NCBI GenBank assembly: GCA_008690995.1
Contig: VRMN01000003.1
Span: 1,612,001-1,676,000, forward strand
Direction of reading: 5' to 3'
DNA length: 64,000 nt
Origin: Porphyridium purpureum
Taxonomy: Eukaryota
The number at the start of each line of letters is the position of its first letter. Position 1 is the stretch's first letter. Shown here piece after piece: positions 1 through 10,719 of the stretch. The notes beneath the pieces are model-generated. The model ran no database searches, was not told the origin of the DNA, and saw only the letters and a program-made list of their open reading frames with translations. Made by a program: the position numbers and the translations under genes.

Positions 1-3000
1 CTTTATAGCAGCGGCGGCAAGACCAGCCGCGGTTGCTACCTCCAGGGCATGCCCGTCAAGGGCTGCTGGATTTCTAGATGTTGCTGGCCCGGATGATTGC
101 GTTGGTGGATGCTGAGTCTGATCATTCGTCGCAGAATTCTCAGTTCCTGCATTCTCGTGAGAATGGCCTGCAGTTTCGGCACCTTTTTCTTCGTTTCGGG
201 TCGATTGCGACATCCGCGCTTGCTGTCCATCTATAAGGGCTTTCAGCGCCGCTTTGGCAGCTGCAGCAGCGACCTCGGGTGAAATGCTTGACGCCATCAG
301 TGCAATTTGTGCCATTATCGGATTGCTTGTGTCTCCGAATGGAAGTGGATGCTCCGCAATAATTGAAGACTTAGCTGGAAGTCCGTTTGCTAAAGAAGCG
401 CCTGGATCAGTGACTGGCGAACCCGAGCGTCCGGGCGCAACATCAGCAAGATACTGGTCTTCAATTGGGAGGCGCAAGAAATGAAGCACGCACGCCTCTT
501 TCGACTTACTGCCAACGTGCTGCGCCACGCGGTCCCAGTTGTCCTGATACAGCTCGAGCGCCTCCAGCAGCAAGAGAGTCTCGCTTTCGGTCCACAAGGT
601 CGAATTCGAATCGATGGTTGTCGCTGTCATCTGAATGAAGTCCCTCGACTGCACATTGCTTGGGAAGCGACCTTCGGAGTAGCATTTTGGACACAGGTCC
701 AGATCTAAATGCGAAGCACAGTGGAAGCGTACACGCGCGCAATCCTCCTTGCAGTAGTCGCAACGGTACTCTATTGCAGACGCAGCCGCAAAAACATCCC
801 TCCGCGACGCCAACGCATTTGAGGGCAAGCCGCCACTGGTTCCCGCTAACGTGCCAGCAGTTTTGGTGTCTTCAAATACCGACATTGGATCATCGAACAA
901 CAGCACCCTTGGCACCGCCGTTGTGGAAACATTGCCTGGTGCCAGCGATGAGAGGTGTTGCTCCCCTGAAACTCCAACAGCAAGCGCGGCGCCACTGGCG
1001 AGCACGCTGTGTGGTGCGCCCGTTAAGGAACGATGCTCGGCGTCCACCATGTAGTTGATTAGACCCCAATGCTCAAGAAACGAATGAACACGGATGATCG
1101 AACATACATCCCCAGCGAGGTGCTTGCGTACGGCAGTGGCAGTTAAGTAGCGCTTCGGATCACACAGCCATGCATCAACCATAAAATCGCGATACTCCTT
1201 GTAAACCTTTGGTGTCTTTGAACTGCTCACGGCGGTACCCGAGCCTTCGGATACGAAAAACTCAGGCAAGCTGCGTTTTTCTATTGGATGAATCGAGTCT
1301 GGTGAAAACCACTGGCTATATGACGGAATCAGAACAGGCTCATTAGGAAGAGAGTCTAGAATCTCTGTCACTGTCCTGACACCGGGCACAGGTGCCGCGT
1401 GCGCTGCCTGATTCTGATCTTCTACCGCTTCTGGGGTACTGGCTGTCTCTTCCATGCCTTCCTCCTTAACATCTCCGGTGGGATCGGCGAGAGGCTTCTG
1501 TTGCACCACTCCGTCCGGAGAATCAACGCCGACATCAAGTGACTGAGCGACCACTGCGGCCTTGATCGCGTCCGGCATGTTCTGGGAAATGTTGCGCACA
1601 CGCCGAAAGTCTGACTCGACTGGCGCTTCCGACTGTCCCACCTCGCGGACAGTAACGCCTGCCGCTAGAGCAGACTGTTGGAGCACAAGATCCTCATCAG
1701 GCTGCGGCGCTTGCTGACCTTTCTCCTTACTAATCTCGCGTTTGTCTTCGTTCACATCCTTGTCCTCCGCAGGGCCGGCTCCCGTGAGCGCGGTTTCCCA
1801 CGATGCCTGGTGAGTTTGTTCTTCCTTTCTTGACGTTTTGAAATCCAACGCCCCTGGAAATGGCAAAACATTCTGCTTCGATTCAACATCACCAACCCCT
1901 GCATGACTGCTGCCGACCGTTCTCTTCTTTTCGCTTTCTGCTTCTGGCGCGGATACATCCATCTTGCCAGCTTGTCGCTCGCCTTCATTCTTCTGATCCA
2001 GTAATTCTCCCATAGGTCGCTTCTTGACCCGTGGCGTCTCGCGTGGCGTCTCCAAAGGTGTCTGTGCTGCCGTATCCTCTGCCGAGTCTGATCGTGCGCG
2101 CTTCCGACTTTTTTTCGACGCCGGCTTTGATGCGGGCGTAATTGATGCAGCCTGATGCTGTTGCGATGACCCCGCGGGCTCTTGCGGGTCGTGAGTAGAC
2201 CCGGTGGAGCGTGGTGCGACACGATCGCCGTCTACGTGCTTGGCGCTGTGTTCTGTGTCAGCGTTGGCTAGCGTCGAAGCCGTATGTGAAGATGCGCTTG
2301 CAACTCCTGGCTCCACGTCACGGCTCCTCTCCAGGGCGCGCTTGGGGATGGGTGGTGACGAGGATGCTTCTGGCCCCACTTCCGATGTCGGTGCTGCGGT
2401 CGTGGGTAGACCCTTACCAGAGCGCTGCGCTTTGGCGGCACCTGATGTCTCCAAGACTTCGCCACTCTTTTTTCTTGCGGTGCTCGCTGGACTACCCGAG
2501 ATGTTTGAGGTTGCTGGTACAGCAGCAGCAGCAGGCCCTTGAGCAGACGCTGTCTCTGCCGCAACTGGAAGTACGATGCGCATTTCCTGCGGAACTTCAT
2601 AGTCGAGTTCATTCACCCACTCATTGAAAAGTTGAGAATCCTGAATCCAGCGTACCTGGACGTGCCACACGCGCTCGGAAATCTCCTCAACTTCTGGGTC
2701 GCCTTCTACTTCAGTGCGCGGGATCCAGCTGTCGTAGGAGTCCGGATAGTACCACCAGTGCACAAAACAGTGATCTTTCCTCTCCGCAAGCGCACGACAG
2801 TAGTCTTCGCCGTCCGTTTCAAATGTACGCGTCCCTTCAGGATCCTGATAAATAATATGTGTGGCCTTCGAAGCTACCGACACGATTGCTGCACGATCCT
2901 TGAGCGCCGCGCGCAGACCGGGCTGTATTTTGGCCGGTACAGATTTGGAGAAAAACACCCGGCGGCTTGCGATATGGTTTTGGCTGCGAAGTGCGGCCTC

Positions 3001-3480
3001 AACGAGCGCGAACATTTCAAGGGCTAGCGTGACGCCGTCTGGCGTTGTGGCGTCGATCGTGTCGAGCTTGTTGTCACGGAAAAACTCAAGGGCGATGTAC
3101 AGAATCGTGAAAAGTGCGCCGTCTGGGCGAAAGTCATTGAGCGCAGCGGCTGGGATCTTGAACATTGCGTTCGCAGAAGATGCCGAATACGAGCCGCGCG
3201 ACGCGCTACTGCTGCCCGTCCGTTGCTGCTGCTGCTGTTGCTTGGCGCCGCGTCCAAGCACCTGGTCGTTCAGATTCCACAGCAATGTGTAGAAATCCGC
3301 CATGCGTTCAAACTCGAACGATCCCAGCTGCCGCTCGGCGGCGCTCACTATTTCCGGGAACTCGCGCAACTTGGCCATCACCGCATGCAGCCCGTTCTTC
3401 AACCTCTCATCCTCCACGACCGCTGCATCGCTCCGCCGCGCCGTCTTTGGACGCCCTTGCTCCGCGCGTGGCGCATCCAT
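1..3480 (-). CDS. SWI3: SWI/SNF complex subunit SWI3/SMARCC (BAF155/170-like), 3'-partial, runs off the window
   Basis: Hand translation of domain segments in the minus frame from ATG 3480 (alternative in-frame ATG 3561) down to base 1. SMARCC N-terminal chromo-like segment HWWYYPDSYDSWIP...WHVQVRWIQDSQLFNEWVNELDYEV; SWIRM IPSYSQWFSPDSIHPIEKRSLPEFF...YRDFMVDAW...GDVCSIIRVHSFLEHWGLINY; ZZ finger CDYCKEDC...C...DLCPKCY; SANT WTESETLLLLEALELYQDNWDRVAQHVGSKSKEACVLHFLRLPIED; AAGLAAAAIK at the edge. Absent from the ORF track, presumably because there is no stop in the window. Confidence 0.92.
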   Translation of the reverse strand, partial: MDAPRAEQGRPKTARRSDAAVVEDERLKNGLHAVMAKLREFPEIVSAAERQLGSFEFERMADFYTLLWNLNDQVLGRGAKQQQQQQRTGSSSASRGSYSASSANAMFKIPAAALNDFRPDGALFTILYIALEFFRDNKLDTIDATTPDGVTLALEMFALVEAALRSQNHIASRRVFFSKSVPAKIQPGLRAALKDRAAIVSVASKATHIIYQDPEGTRTFETDGEDYCRALAERKDHCFVHWWYYPDSYDSWIPRTEVEGDPEVEEISERVWHVQVRWIQDSQLFNEWVNELDYEVPQEMRIVLPVAAETASAQGPAAAAVPATSNISGSPASTARKKSGEVLETSGAAKAQRSGKGLPTTAAPTSEVGPEASSSPPIPKRALERSRDVEPGVASASSHTASTLANADTEHSAKHVDGDRVAPRSTGSTHDPQEPAGSSQQHQAASITPASKPASKKSRKRARSDSAEDTAAQTPLETPRETPRVKKRPMGELLDQKNEGERQAGKMDVSAPEAESEKKRTVGSSHAGVGDVESKQNVLPFPGALDFKTSRKEEQTHQASWETALTGAGPAEDKDVNEDKREISKEKGQQAPQPDEDLVLQQSALAAGVTVREVGQSEAPVESDFRRVRNISQNMPDAIKAAVVAQSLDVGVDSPDGVVQQKPLADPTGDVKEEGMEETASTPEAVEDQNQAAHAAPVPGVRTVTEILDSLPNEPVLIPSYSQWFSPDSIHPIEKRSLPEFFVSEGSGTAVSSSKTPKVYKEYRDFMVDAWLCDPKRYLTATAVRKHLAGDVCSIIRVHSFLEHWGLINYMVDAEHRSLTGAPHSVLASGAALAVGVSGEQHLSSLAPGNVSTTAVPRVLLFDDPMSVFEDTKTAGTLAGTSGGLPSNALASRRDVFAAASAIEYRCDYCKEDCARVRFHCASHLDLDLCPKCYSEGRFPSNVQSRDFIQMTATTIDSNSTLWTESETLLLLEALELYQDNWDRVAQHVGSKSKEACVLHFLRLPIEDQYLADVAPGRSGSPVTDPGASLANGLPAKSSIIAEHPLPFGDTSNPIMAQIALMASSISPEVAAAAAKAALKALIDGQQARMSQSTRNEEKGAETAGHSHENAGTENSATNDQTQHPPTQSSGPATSRNPAALDGHALEVATAAGLAAAAIK

Positions 3481-5151
3481 CCCAACTCCCGTCGTCGCCC
3501 TTCTTCCGCCCCTTCCCTCGCGTGTCCTCTTCCCCTTCCCTCCTCCTTCATCCTCCCCCATCGACCACACGGCTGCACCGCAAGGCGCTCGCGCGCGCTT
3601 TCACTGTACCCAAACGCAAGCATATTAATTAAGTTTAGTTAATTAATTAAAGGTCAAGTGTAAAAGTACAGTAATGGTGAACACCCACGAGGAGTGTGCT
3701 TCCCGCGCCCGGTGAACGTCCCGCTGTGTCTTTGGTTCAAGACGACGCGTAAAGGACTGTGTCGAGGGACATACGTGCGGCACGCAGGCTGGCGGGCGCA
3801 CGAGCGCAGCGTCGGCGACGATGTGCACCGCAGAGCGAAATGTGCGCAGCGCGCGTACGCCGCAGGTGGTGCGGGGCACGGCGCTCGGAACCACTTGGGT
3901 CATCAGATGTTGAGCGAGGTCAGGCGCCAGTCGCACTTCGATCGCCGGGATCGTTGCTTCTCCGTCATGCTGCATGGAGCACCGGTCCCGAACATCCGAG
4001 TCGAGGAGACATCCTTCTGCGGTCTCCCACCCCCCGTGCACGACTTCAAGATCGCTACAGGACTTGGCGACTTGGCGAGGTCGCAACGCAGCGTGCGTAC
4101 ACAGCCAGTTTCGCCACTTGTGGCTGTTGTGTTGACGTGACCCGGCCGGCAAGTCGCTCGAAGCAAACGTGTTCGCGCTCGTGAGACCTTTGCTCCTACC
4201 CTAACCTCTGTGTGAGATGAGGGAGCGGAACAGCAGGCGCCAGCCGATGGGCACGGTGTGGTGGGAGGCATGACAGGGTGATGAGTCGTACTCCTCTTTC
4301 CGTTTGAGATGCGATTTTCGCCCATCTGCACATGCGTTTTGTGACTGCAATTACGTGCAGCCGAATCGTCGAGTCGCTCGAGAATCGCGATTCTTGTGCG
4401 GGACGCTTTTTCGATACCGCATGCTGTGCGACTGATGAACAGTATCCGCCGTTTCGGCTCAAACAGACGTAAGGCGGATACAGTAATTCTCAGTGAGAGG
4501 CAGAGAAATCACAGTCGCACGGTCTGCACCCAGCCTCAGCATATTTGCCAGAGTTGCAAGAGCCCTTTGGAACGAGGCGTGGTGAATCCGTGCTACCTCA
4601 CGGGTCGAATTCGAGTATCGCAGCGGACCGAATCGGCCGCTTTCATGGACGCCGTGGCGACCGGGCAGGCCGCTTGCGGTGAGACCGCAGGTCTGTTTGC
4701 ATTTGCGAATCTTTTGCACCAGTGGTGAGCCGCGCCGTGAGCCCGCATTGCAAACGCACAACCGCGCCAGTGGCCATTAATTTTTTCCCCCCTGTTTTTA
4801 CTTTTTTGGTGACGTACCCGTGACCTTGCCGGTGCCGGTGCGGGTGTGCCGTTCAGGCTGGCGGGCCGTGTTGCCTTGACGGTGCGGCCGTTGCGAGCTG
4901 AGCGAAGGTCGGTGCGCGCGCGCGCAAGTGCGGATGGGCTGCCGCGCTCCTCAGTACCGAATCACAGACTGGCGAGGAGCGGATCTTCAGGCACGGGCGG
5001 CGGCGCCTCGCGTCTATATATACGTAATGGCACGCAAGCTTGAGCGCGCGGAGAAGGTGTGCGTACACGGGAAGCAGAGGTGCGCAACAAGAAGTAAGAA
5101 AGAGCTAGGGGCGAGATATTGCGTACTTGGCTAAATTTGGGTTTGGGCATC

Positions 5152-6858
5152 ATGGATACTATGGAGTTCTTCATTGATCCCTTCTCGGGAACCACGCAGA
5201 TGCAGCCATGGCAATGGATTTTTGCGATCTGCCTGATTGCGTCGTTCCTGCAGGGCGCGTCAATGGGTGCGAACGACGTGGCCAACTGCTTTGGCACGTC
5301 GGTCGGCGCCAAGGTGCTGACGGTGACGCAGGCTTGCATTGCGGCCACCATTTTCATCACGCTGGGCTCCATGACCATTGGGTCGCAGGTGGCGAAGACC
5401 GTGGGCAGGGGCATTGTGAACTACAAGCTGTTTGCCGACACCCCGCAGCTGTTTGCGCTGGGCATGTTGACCGCGGCGATCTCGACGGGTCTGTGGGTGA
5501 GTTTTGCGACATGGTTCAGTATGCCCGTGTCGACGACGCACTCGGTCGTCGGATCGGTGGTGGGCTTTGGCCTGGTGGAGTTTGGCGGGTCTGGCATTGA
5601 CTGGTGGCCGGGCGTGGGCAAGATTGTGATCTCGTGGGTAGCGTCGCCGCTGGTGACCGGTATTTTCTCCGTGGCCTTCTACCTGACTGCGAAGTACTGG
5701 TTCCTCCGCAAGGTGCAGCAGGACGAGTCGCGTCTGGATTGGGGCCTGAGGCAGCAGGTTTATTACATGGGTATTGTGGTGTTCCTGGCGTTCATCACGT
5801 TCCTGATCTTTGTGACATTTACGTACGATGATGAAGCGGTGGGGATGAACTTGGGCATTTCGTTCGGTGTGGCGACTGCGCTTGCAGTTGGATGGATGGT
5901 GTACCTGCACAAGCCAATCAATGCATACTACGCCAAGCGCGGGCTGATTGGTGGCTTCCACGACGAGGATGAGATTGTGGCCAAGGACTTGGACGAACTG
6001 AATGAGATTAGCTCGTCGAGCGAGCACGACGAGGAGACTGCGACGGCGCCGGCTGCCGCTGCGACGGCGTCCGGTGCAGTTGGCAGTATTGCCGTGTCTG
6101 GGGCTTCGCAGCGCTCAAACACCATGTCTGTGGTGAGCTCGATCATGAGGTCTGACGCCGACCTGCGCGCCGATGGGCTTGCGCCGAACGACATTTGGCA
6201 CCCCGAGCTGGAGTCACGATTTGCGTTTGGGCAGATGTTGTCTGCGTGCTACGAGGCGATTGCGTTTGGCGCCAACGACATTGGTAACTCTAGTGGCACG
6301 CTAATTGCGGTGTACCAGACGATTGAGTACGCGAGCGTGGTGAGCAAGCCCTCGCCCGAGTACTGGGCACTGGCGTACTGCACGGTTGGCATTGTTGCGG
6401 GTCTGTGGCTGTTTGGTGCGAACGTGATGCGCACGATTGGGCAGAATATCACACTGATGACGCCGATCCGCGGCCTCAGCGCTGAGCTTGCGACGGCATT
6501 CTCTGTGCTGATTGCGTCGTACATTGGGATCCCGGTGTCGACGACGCACTGCAGCGTGGGTGGAGTGATTGGAGCTGGTCTGTGCGAGTCGCAGGGCTAC
6601 AAGAAGGTGAACTGGAAGCTGATGCTCAAGGTGGCGGCGTCGTGGGTTCTGACGCTTCCGGTGGCGATGGGCCTGAACGCGCTGATGTACGTGATCTGCC
6701 GCGGAGGAACGCGGGGCCAGTGGTTTGTGCCGCCGGCTGCGGTTGTTGGCAATGGAGTGGAGAACGCGTTCAATGACTATGAGTACACATGTGTCGGCAA
6801 CGCGGACATTCAAACGTGCACGCTGACCTTCCCATCCGAGCTGTTGGTTGAAGAGTAG
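5152..6858 (+). CDS. Inorganic phosphate transporter, PiT/PHO4 (SLC20) family
   Basis: Two PHO4 repeats with GANDVAN and GANDIGN signatures, PVSTTH twice, many TM helices. First ATG 5152 (ORF track starts at a TTG). TATA-like TATATATA at about 5015. Confidence 0.95.
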   Translation: MDTMEFFIDPFSGTTQMQPWQWIFAICLIASFLQGASMGANDVANCFGTSVGAKVLTVTQACIAATIFITLGSMTIGSQVAKTVGRGIVNYKLFADTPQLFALGMLTAAISTGLWVSFATWFSMPVSTTHSVVGSVVGFGLVEFGGSGIDWWPGVGKIVISWVASPLVTGIFSVAFYLTAKYWFLRKVQQDESRLDWGLRQQVYYMGIVVFLAFITFLIFVTFTYDDEAVGMNLGISFGVATALAVGWMVYLHKPINAYYAKRGLIGGFHDEDEIVAKDLDELNEISSSSEHDEETATAPAAAATASGAVGSIAVSGASQRSNTMSVVSSIMRSDADLRADGLAPNDIWHPELESRFAFGQMLSACYEAIAFGANDIGNSSGTLIAVYQTIEYASVVSKPSPEYWALAYCTVGIVAGLWLFGANVMRTIGQNITLMTPIRGLSAELATAFSVLIASYIGIPVSTTHCSVGGVIGAGLCESQGYKKVNWKLMLKVAASWVLTLPVAMGLNALMYVICRGGTRGQWFVPPAAVVGNGVENAFNDYEYTCVGNADIQTCTLTFPSELLVEE

Positions 6859-6937
6859 TGATTTCGCCTCCTCAATGGCGTTCGTCATGGCATTCACATG
6901 CTTGGGGTGAGCTCGCTGCTGTCCCTGCTGCGTCTGT

Positions 6938-7007
6938 GGTTCATTCGGTGGAAGGGTGAGCAATTTGTGCTCTGTCCGGTCGGACGGGGGTTCGAATTTC
7001 CTGAACT
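6938..7007 (+). other. tRNA-like cloverleaf element downstream of the PiT stop (not a canonical tRNA)
   Basis: Hand-folded five-helix cloverleaf with a consensus T-loop TTCGAAT. Lacks a canonical D-arm and anticodon loop. Confidence 0.25.
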
Positions 7008-7362
7008 TTCTCAAATTTTTTATGATCTAGTGGTGAATGAGTGAGTCTGTAAATGGTCTTTCTGGTCAGCTGACAAGTGTGGTCTCTCAACCGTGCAGCA
7101 CGTCTGTGTCCTAACCTAACCCGGCTTATCGCGAGACAAGTTCAGTGATTATCAATCAACATTTGTAACAAGCACGCGCCATTTTATCATGCCGCTCGAT
7201 AGAGTCTGAGTGATAGGCGCCTGGGCGATGCGAAACGCGCTGTTGAAAGGTGACGCGCGTCACACGCGTTCGAGCTGCGTACAACGTTCTTCGGCCGCGC
7301 ACAGCACGCGCGTGCGTGTATGTGTGCATGTAACCATTCGCTTTTTCGCTGCCACGTCCAGC

Positions 7363-10300
7363 ATGAAGACTGCTCGACAGTCGCCGCTCATGTGGTCGGT
7401 GCTCCTCTTCTTCTTCTGCGTGGTGGTTGCGTGGCCCGCCCCCGGGCGGCGCCTGGTTCAAGCGCGGTCACACGAACAGGACTTTACGGGTGAGGGCGAA
7501 GCAAGGCGCGCAGATAAATCGGGTGATACACAGAGCGCGCCGCGGTCGTCGTCACAACAGCAGCAAAGTTTGGTCTTGTTCTCACTTTTCAATGGAGATA
7601 TCGAGGCGGTTGACGGGCTTTCGGGCGAGCCCAAGTGGCGCATAGCGGGCACTGAGCCGTCGGTATCAAGTTGGAGCGCAGCGGGCTGGCCAGAATTGAT
7701 TCCTGGTCTAGATGGTTCATTGTACCAAATCGTCGATGACGGTGACGTGCACATGGAGCGCGTCGCGCTCACAGCGGGCTCGATAGTGCGCGAGAATGGA
7801 ATGACAGGTATTGTCGTGTCCCGTGTAGAAGTGGCGTCGGTCCTGGTAGATGCGGTCACGGGCGAGGTCATCCGGACAGCGGAATGGGGTGGTACAGCTG
7901 ATTTGAAAAGTCATGCAAGAGCGTTCTTCGCAGAGACCGACGACTCGGATTCAGGCCATTCTACACGTAGCGCCAACGAGTTTGGAAGAAACATTCTTAC
8001 TTTTACAAAGACCTTTGCAGGAATTCGGATCGTCGACGTTGCCACGGGTGAGTTGTATGTAAATGCGTCGCTTTTGCATCTCACACCGTCACTGGTGACC
8101 GACGAAACGTGTCTTCCACTTGCGGCGTCGGCACCGTATTTGGAAGCGGAAGATGAATCATCAGCAATCTCATTCACACAAGACAGCGCGGATTTCGAGG
8201 TATGGGGGGAGATTGACCGCTCGCAGAGCCGTTTCGTCATGAGAAGCGGAAAGGCGGGAGAGATGTTGTGGTCTCGTGACATCAGCGACGGCATCGTAGA
8301 AGCGCAGGGCATCCATGGAGCCCGAGTTGCGTCATCAGGAAGTAGCGGCCTCGGAATCGCCACGAATGTTGATATGCAGTCATTTGTAGAGCCTCATGGA
8401 CTGGTGCGTGTTCGCCAAGCAAATGGACAGCTTTTCGTTGATTCTTATTACCCGGACGCGATTCCTGCAAGCACAGATTTTGGCGTTTTTCGGCTTCACG
8501 CGAGCGAGTCCTCGACGTCATCCAGTTTCATGCTGAGTGGTGGTTCTGGTATGTATTCCGGCCGCGAATCTCGTCCATTAGGCTTTCCAGGTGGCGGCGG
8601 CGGTTCCATGGACGGAAAACGTTTGAAGCCACTGGAAGAGCCAATGCGTTTGGATAAGTTTGAAATGCAGCAAAGGACAATCAAAGCGAGATTTTCAGAG
8701 CTGCTCTTTGCGGCGGTGCTTGGCGCACTTTTGGTCATGACACCCGTAGGACTTGCGGCTCATTTTCGCCGGCGAAAATCGCGCAAAATGACGGGCAGCG
8801 CAAGAGAAACTCCTTCGCGATTGAGTTCAATGCCCAAGAGCTCACATCAACCACTCTCCGGCACCAAGCAGCATTCTCAATCAGATATTTTGGGTGTGCT
8901 CTCAACTTCCCTTGATGATGAGATGACTCGTGACGCGCAGCTCACGGATCTACAGCTCATACAACGGGACGAAGGCGGCACTCACGAGACGTCCTTGATG
9001 TCTAGCCGCAGTAGAAAGGGAAAGAAGCAGTCGAAAAAGAGAAATACTGACCATGAGCGACCAAGTGCTGGTTCAGTCACAGATCCACAGACGGCGCAGT
9101 ATGTATCGAATGCGGCAGGGAGTAGGCACGCAGAACCGGTGAATGTCAGTGGCGGCTTGAAGGTAGGACGAATTGTCGTGAGCTCTGATGTGATAGGCTA
9201 TGGTACACAAGGTACAGTTGTTTTTCGCGGGAAACTCTTCCCGGAAGAACGACATGTTGCCGTGAAGCGACTACTGAAAGAGTTTTACGGGAGCGCGACA
9301 CGAGAGATTGCTCTTTTGATTGAGCTCGAGCAGTCCGGCGGACACGTTGTCCGTTACTTTGCCATGGAGGAAGACAAAGAATTCATTTATCTAGCGCTCG
9401 AACTCTGCACGCGCTCGTTGGCGGATGCCGTGGATACGTGTATTTTGCCTGCATTGCAACACGATTATCAAAACACTGGGCTCGGTGTCCCACGAGAGAC
9501 GCTCGGTGTTCTGAAGGATGTCTTGATGGGCCTTTCGGAGCTTCATTCACATGGCATCGTGCACCGCGACTTGAAGCCACACAACGTGCTGATATCTGAG
9601 GTATCTGTGCGAAACAAGAGTACAATCTACTGCGCAAAAGTTGGTGATGTCGGCCTCGCCACTCGTTTGCAAGGGGATCGGTCATCCTTTTCGCAAGTTG
9701 GAACAGTCGGGGCAGGCAGCACAGGCTGGCGAGCGCCTGAAGTGCTTTTGGGCGCTGCGAAATTGACAAAGGCGGTGGATATTTTTTCCGCTGGCTGCCT
9801 CATCTTTCATGTGCTCACTAAGGGTCAGCACCCATTTGGAGAACTGGTTTTTGAGCGCGATATGAACATAACAAAAGGCCGGGCGGATCTTGCGCCGCTG
9901 CGCCGTATTCGGGTGCCGGAGGCAGAGCATCTGGTTCGCCAGATGATTTCTGCAGCCCCTGAAGATCGCCCAACTGTCGAGCTTGCGTTGTTACACCCCT
10001 TTTTCTGGTCGGACACCGTGAAGCTCAACTTCATATGTGATGTTTCGGACCGTCTGCTCAACGAAAGCGGCTGGAGAAGTCTCAGTTTTCGCTCGCGTGG
10101 AGCGAGCTCGTATACGTCGCTTATGCTGTCCAGTCCTGACGCTTACGACCGCTGCATCCAAAGGCTCGACATGATGTTCCTGGCGCATCTGGGACGCAGC
10201 TACAACTCATCGTTGACTGACCTGGTGCGTATGATTCGCAATAAGCGCAACCACTACCTCGAGTTCCCGCCGAATGTGCAGGCGCTAGTTGGTCCCATTC

Positions 10301-10719
10301 CTCTCGAAGGGGAGGACAGTGAGCACAACTATATGCGCTATTTCACAACTCGTTTTCCTAATCTGGTCATGGACCTATATCTAATCGTAAGATCCCTTGC
10401 AGATGTTGACCAGCATTTTGAGCGGTATGGGCTGTATTCTACCTCACCGACGTGCGCGCCGAGTGCGGCGTTGACTGTGCCAGCTGGCGCAACTCCGGAA
10501 GATGGTCGTGATACAGTGCACTCCTCTCCGTCACGATTTGCTGACGTATCACGTGCGCTTGAGAATGGAGGAAGGACAGGACGATACATCGCGAATAGCG
10601 GAGGCAGCAGTAGCTTCAGCAGTCTCCGCGACCGAAGGAGAACTGATCATCGCGATTCGACAGTACCGCTGGCGAGCGGATCACGTACCCACCCGTTCGG
10701 TGCTTCAAGCAAACCGTGA
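7363..10719 (+). CDS. IRE1: IRE1-like ER transmembrane Ser/Thr kinase/endoribonuclease
   Basis: Signal peptide (MWSVLLFFFCVVVAW), luminal domain (LIPGLDGSLY), TM helix, kinase (GYGTQGTVVF, VAVKRLL, HRDLKPHNVL, GWRAPE), KEN RNase (DLVRMIRNKRNHY). Start set at ATG 7363. Confidence 0.95.
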   Translation: MKTARQSPLMWSVLLFFFCVVVAWPAPGRRLVQARSHEQDFTGEGEARRADKSGDTQSAPRSSSQQQQSLVLFSLFNGDIEAVDGLSGEPKWRIAGTEPSVSSWSAAGWPELIPGLDGSLYQIVDDGDVHMERVALTAGSIVRENGMTGIVVSRVEVASVLVDAVTGEVIRTAEWGGTADLKSHARAFFAETDDSDSGHSTRSANEFGRNILTFTKTFAGIRIVDVATGELYVNASLLHLTPSLVTDETCLPLAASAPYLEAEDESSAISFTQDSADFEVWGEIDRSQSRFVMRSGKAGEMLWSRDISDGIVEAQGIHGARVASSGSSGLGIATNVDMQSFVEPHGLVRVRQANGQLFVDSYYPDAIPASTDFGVFRLHASESSTSSSFMLSGGSGMYSGRESRPLGFPGGGGGSMDGKRLKPLEEPMRLDKFEMQQRTIKARFSELLFAAVLGALLVMTPVGLAAHFRRRKSRKMTGSARETPSRLSSMPKSSHQPLSGTKQHSQSDILGVLSTSLDDEMTRDAQLTDLQLIQRDEGGTHETSLMSSRSRKGKKQSKKRNTDHERPSAGSVTDPQTAQYVSNAAGSRHAEPVNVSGGLKVGRIVVSSDVIGYGTQGTVVFRGKLFPEERHVAVKRLLKEFYGSATREIALLIELEQSGGHVVRYFAMEEDKEFIYLALELCTRSLADAVDTCILPALQHDYQNTGLGVPRETLGVLKDVLMGLSELHSHGIVHRDLKPHNVLISEVSVRNKSTIYCAKVGDVGLATRLQGDRSSFSQVGTVGAGSTGWRAPEVLLGAAKLTKAVDIFSAGCLIFHVLTKGQHPFGELVFERDMNITKGRADLAPLRRIRVPEAEHLVRQMISAAPEDRPTVELALLHPFFWSDTVKLNFICDVSDRLLNESGWRSLSFRSRGASSYTSLMLSSPDAYDRCIQRLDMMFLAHLGRSYNSSLTDLVRMIRNKRNHYLEFPPNVQALVGPIPLEGEDSEHNYMRYFTTRFPNLVMDLYLIVRSLADVDQHFERYGLYSTSPTCAPSAALTVPAGATPEDGRDTVHSSPSRFADVSRALENGGRTGRYIANSGGSSSFSSLRDRRRTDHRDSTVPLASGSRTHPFGASSKP

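Noticed and set aside
3643..4761. Several 90-170 aa ORFs between SWI3 and PiT
   Set aside because: No recognisable motifs, mostly non-ATG starts, overlapping in all frames; more likely a divergent promoter region.
4700..5150. P1BS (GNATATNC) phosphate-response site upstream of PiT, and a phosphate regulon with DGD and apyrase
   Set aside because: Only near-misses seen, and the genes lie more than 50 kb apart.
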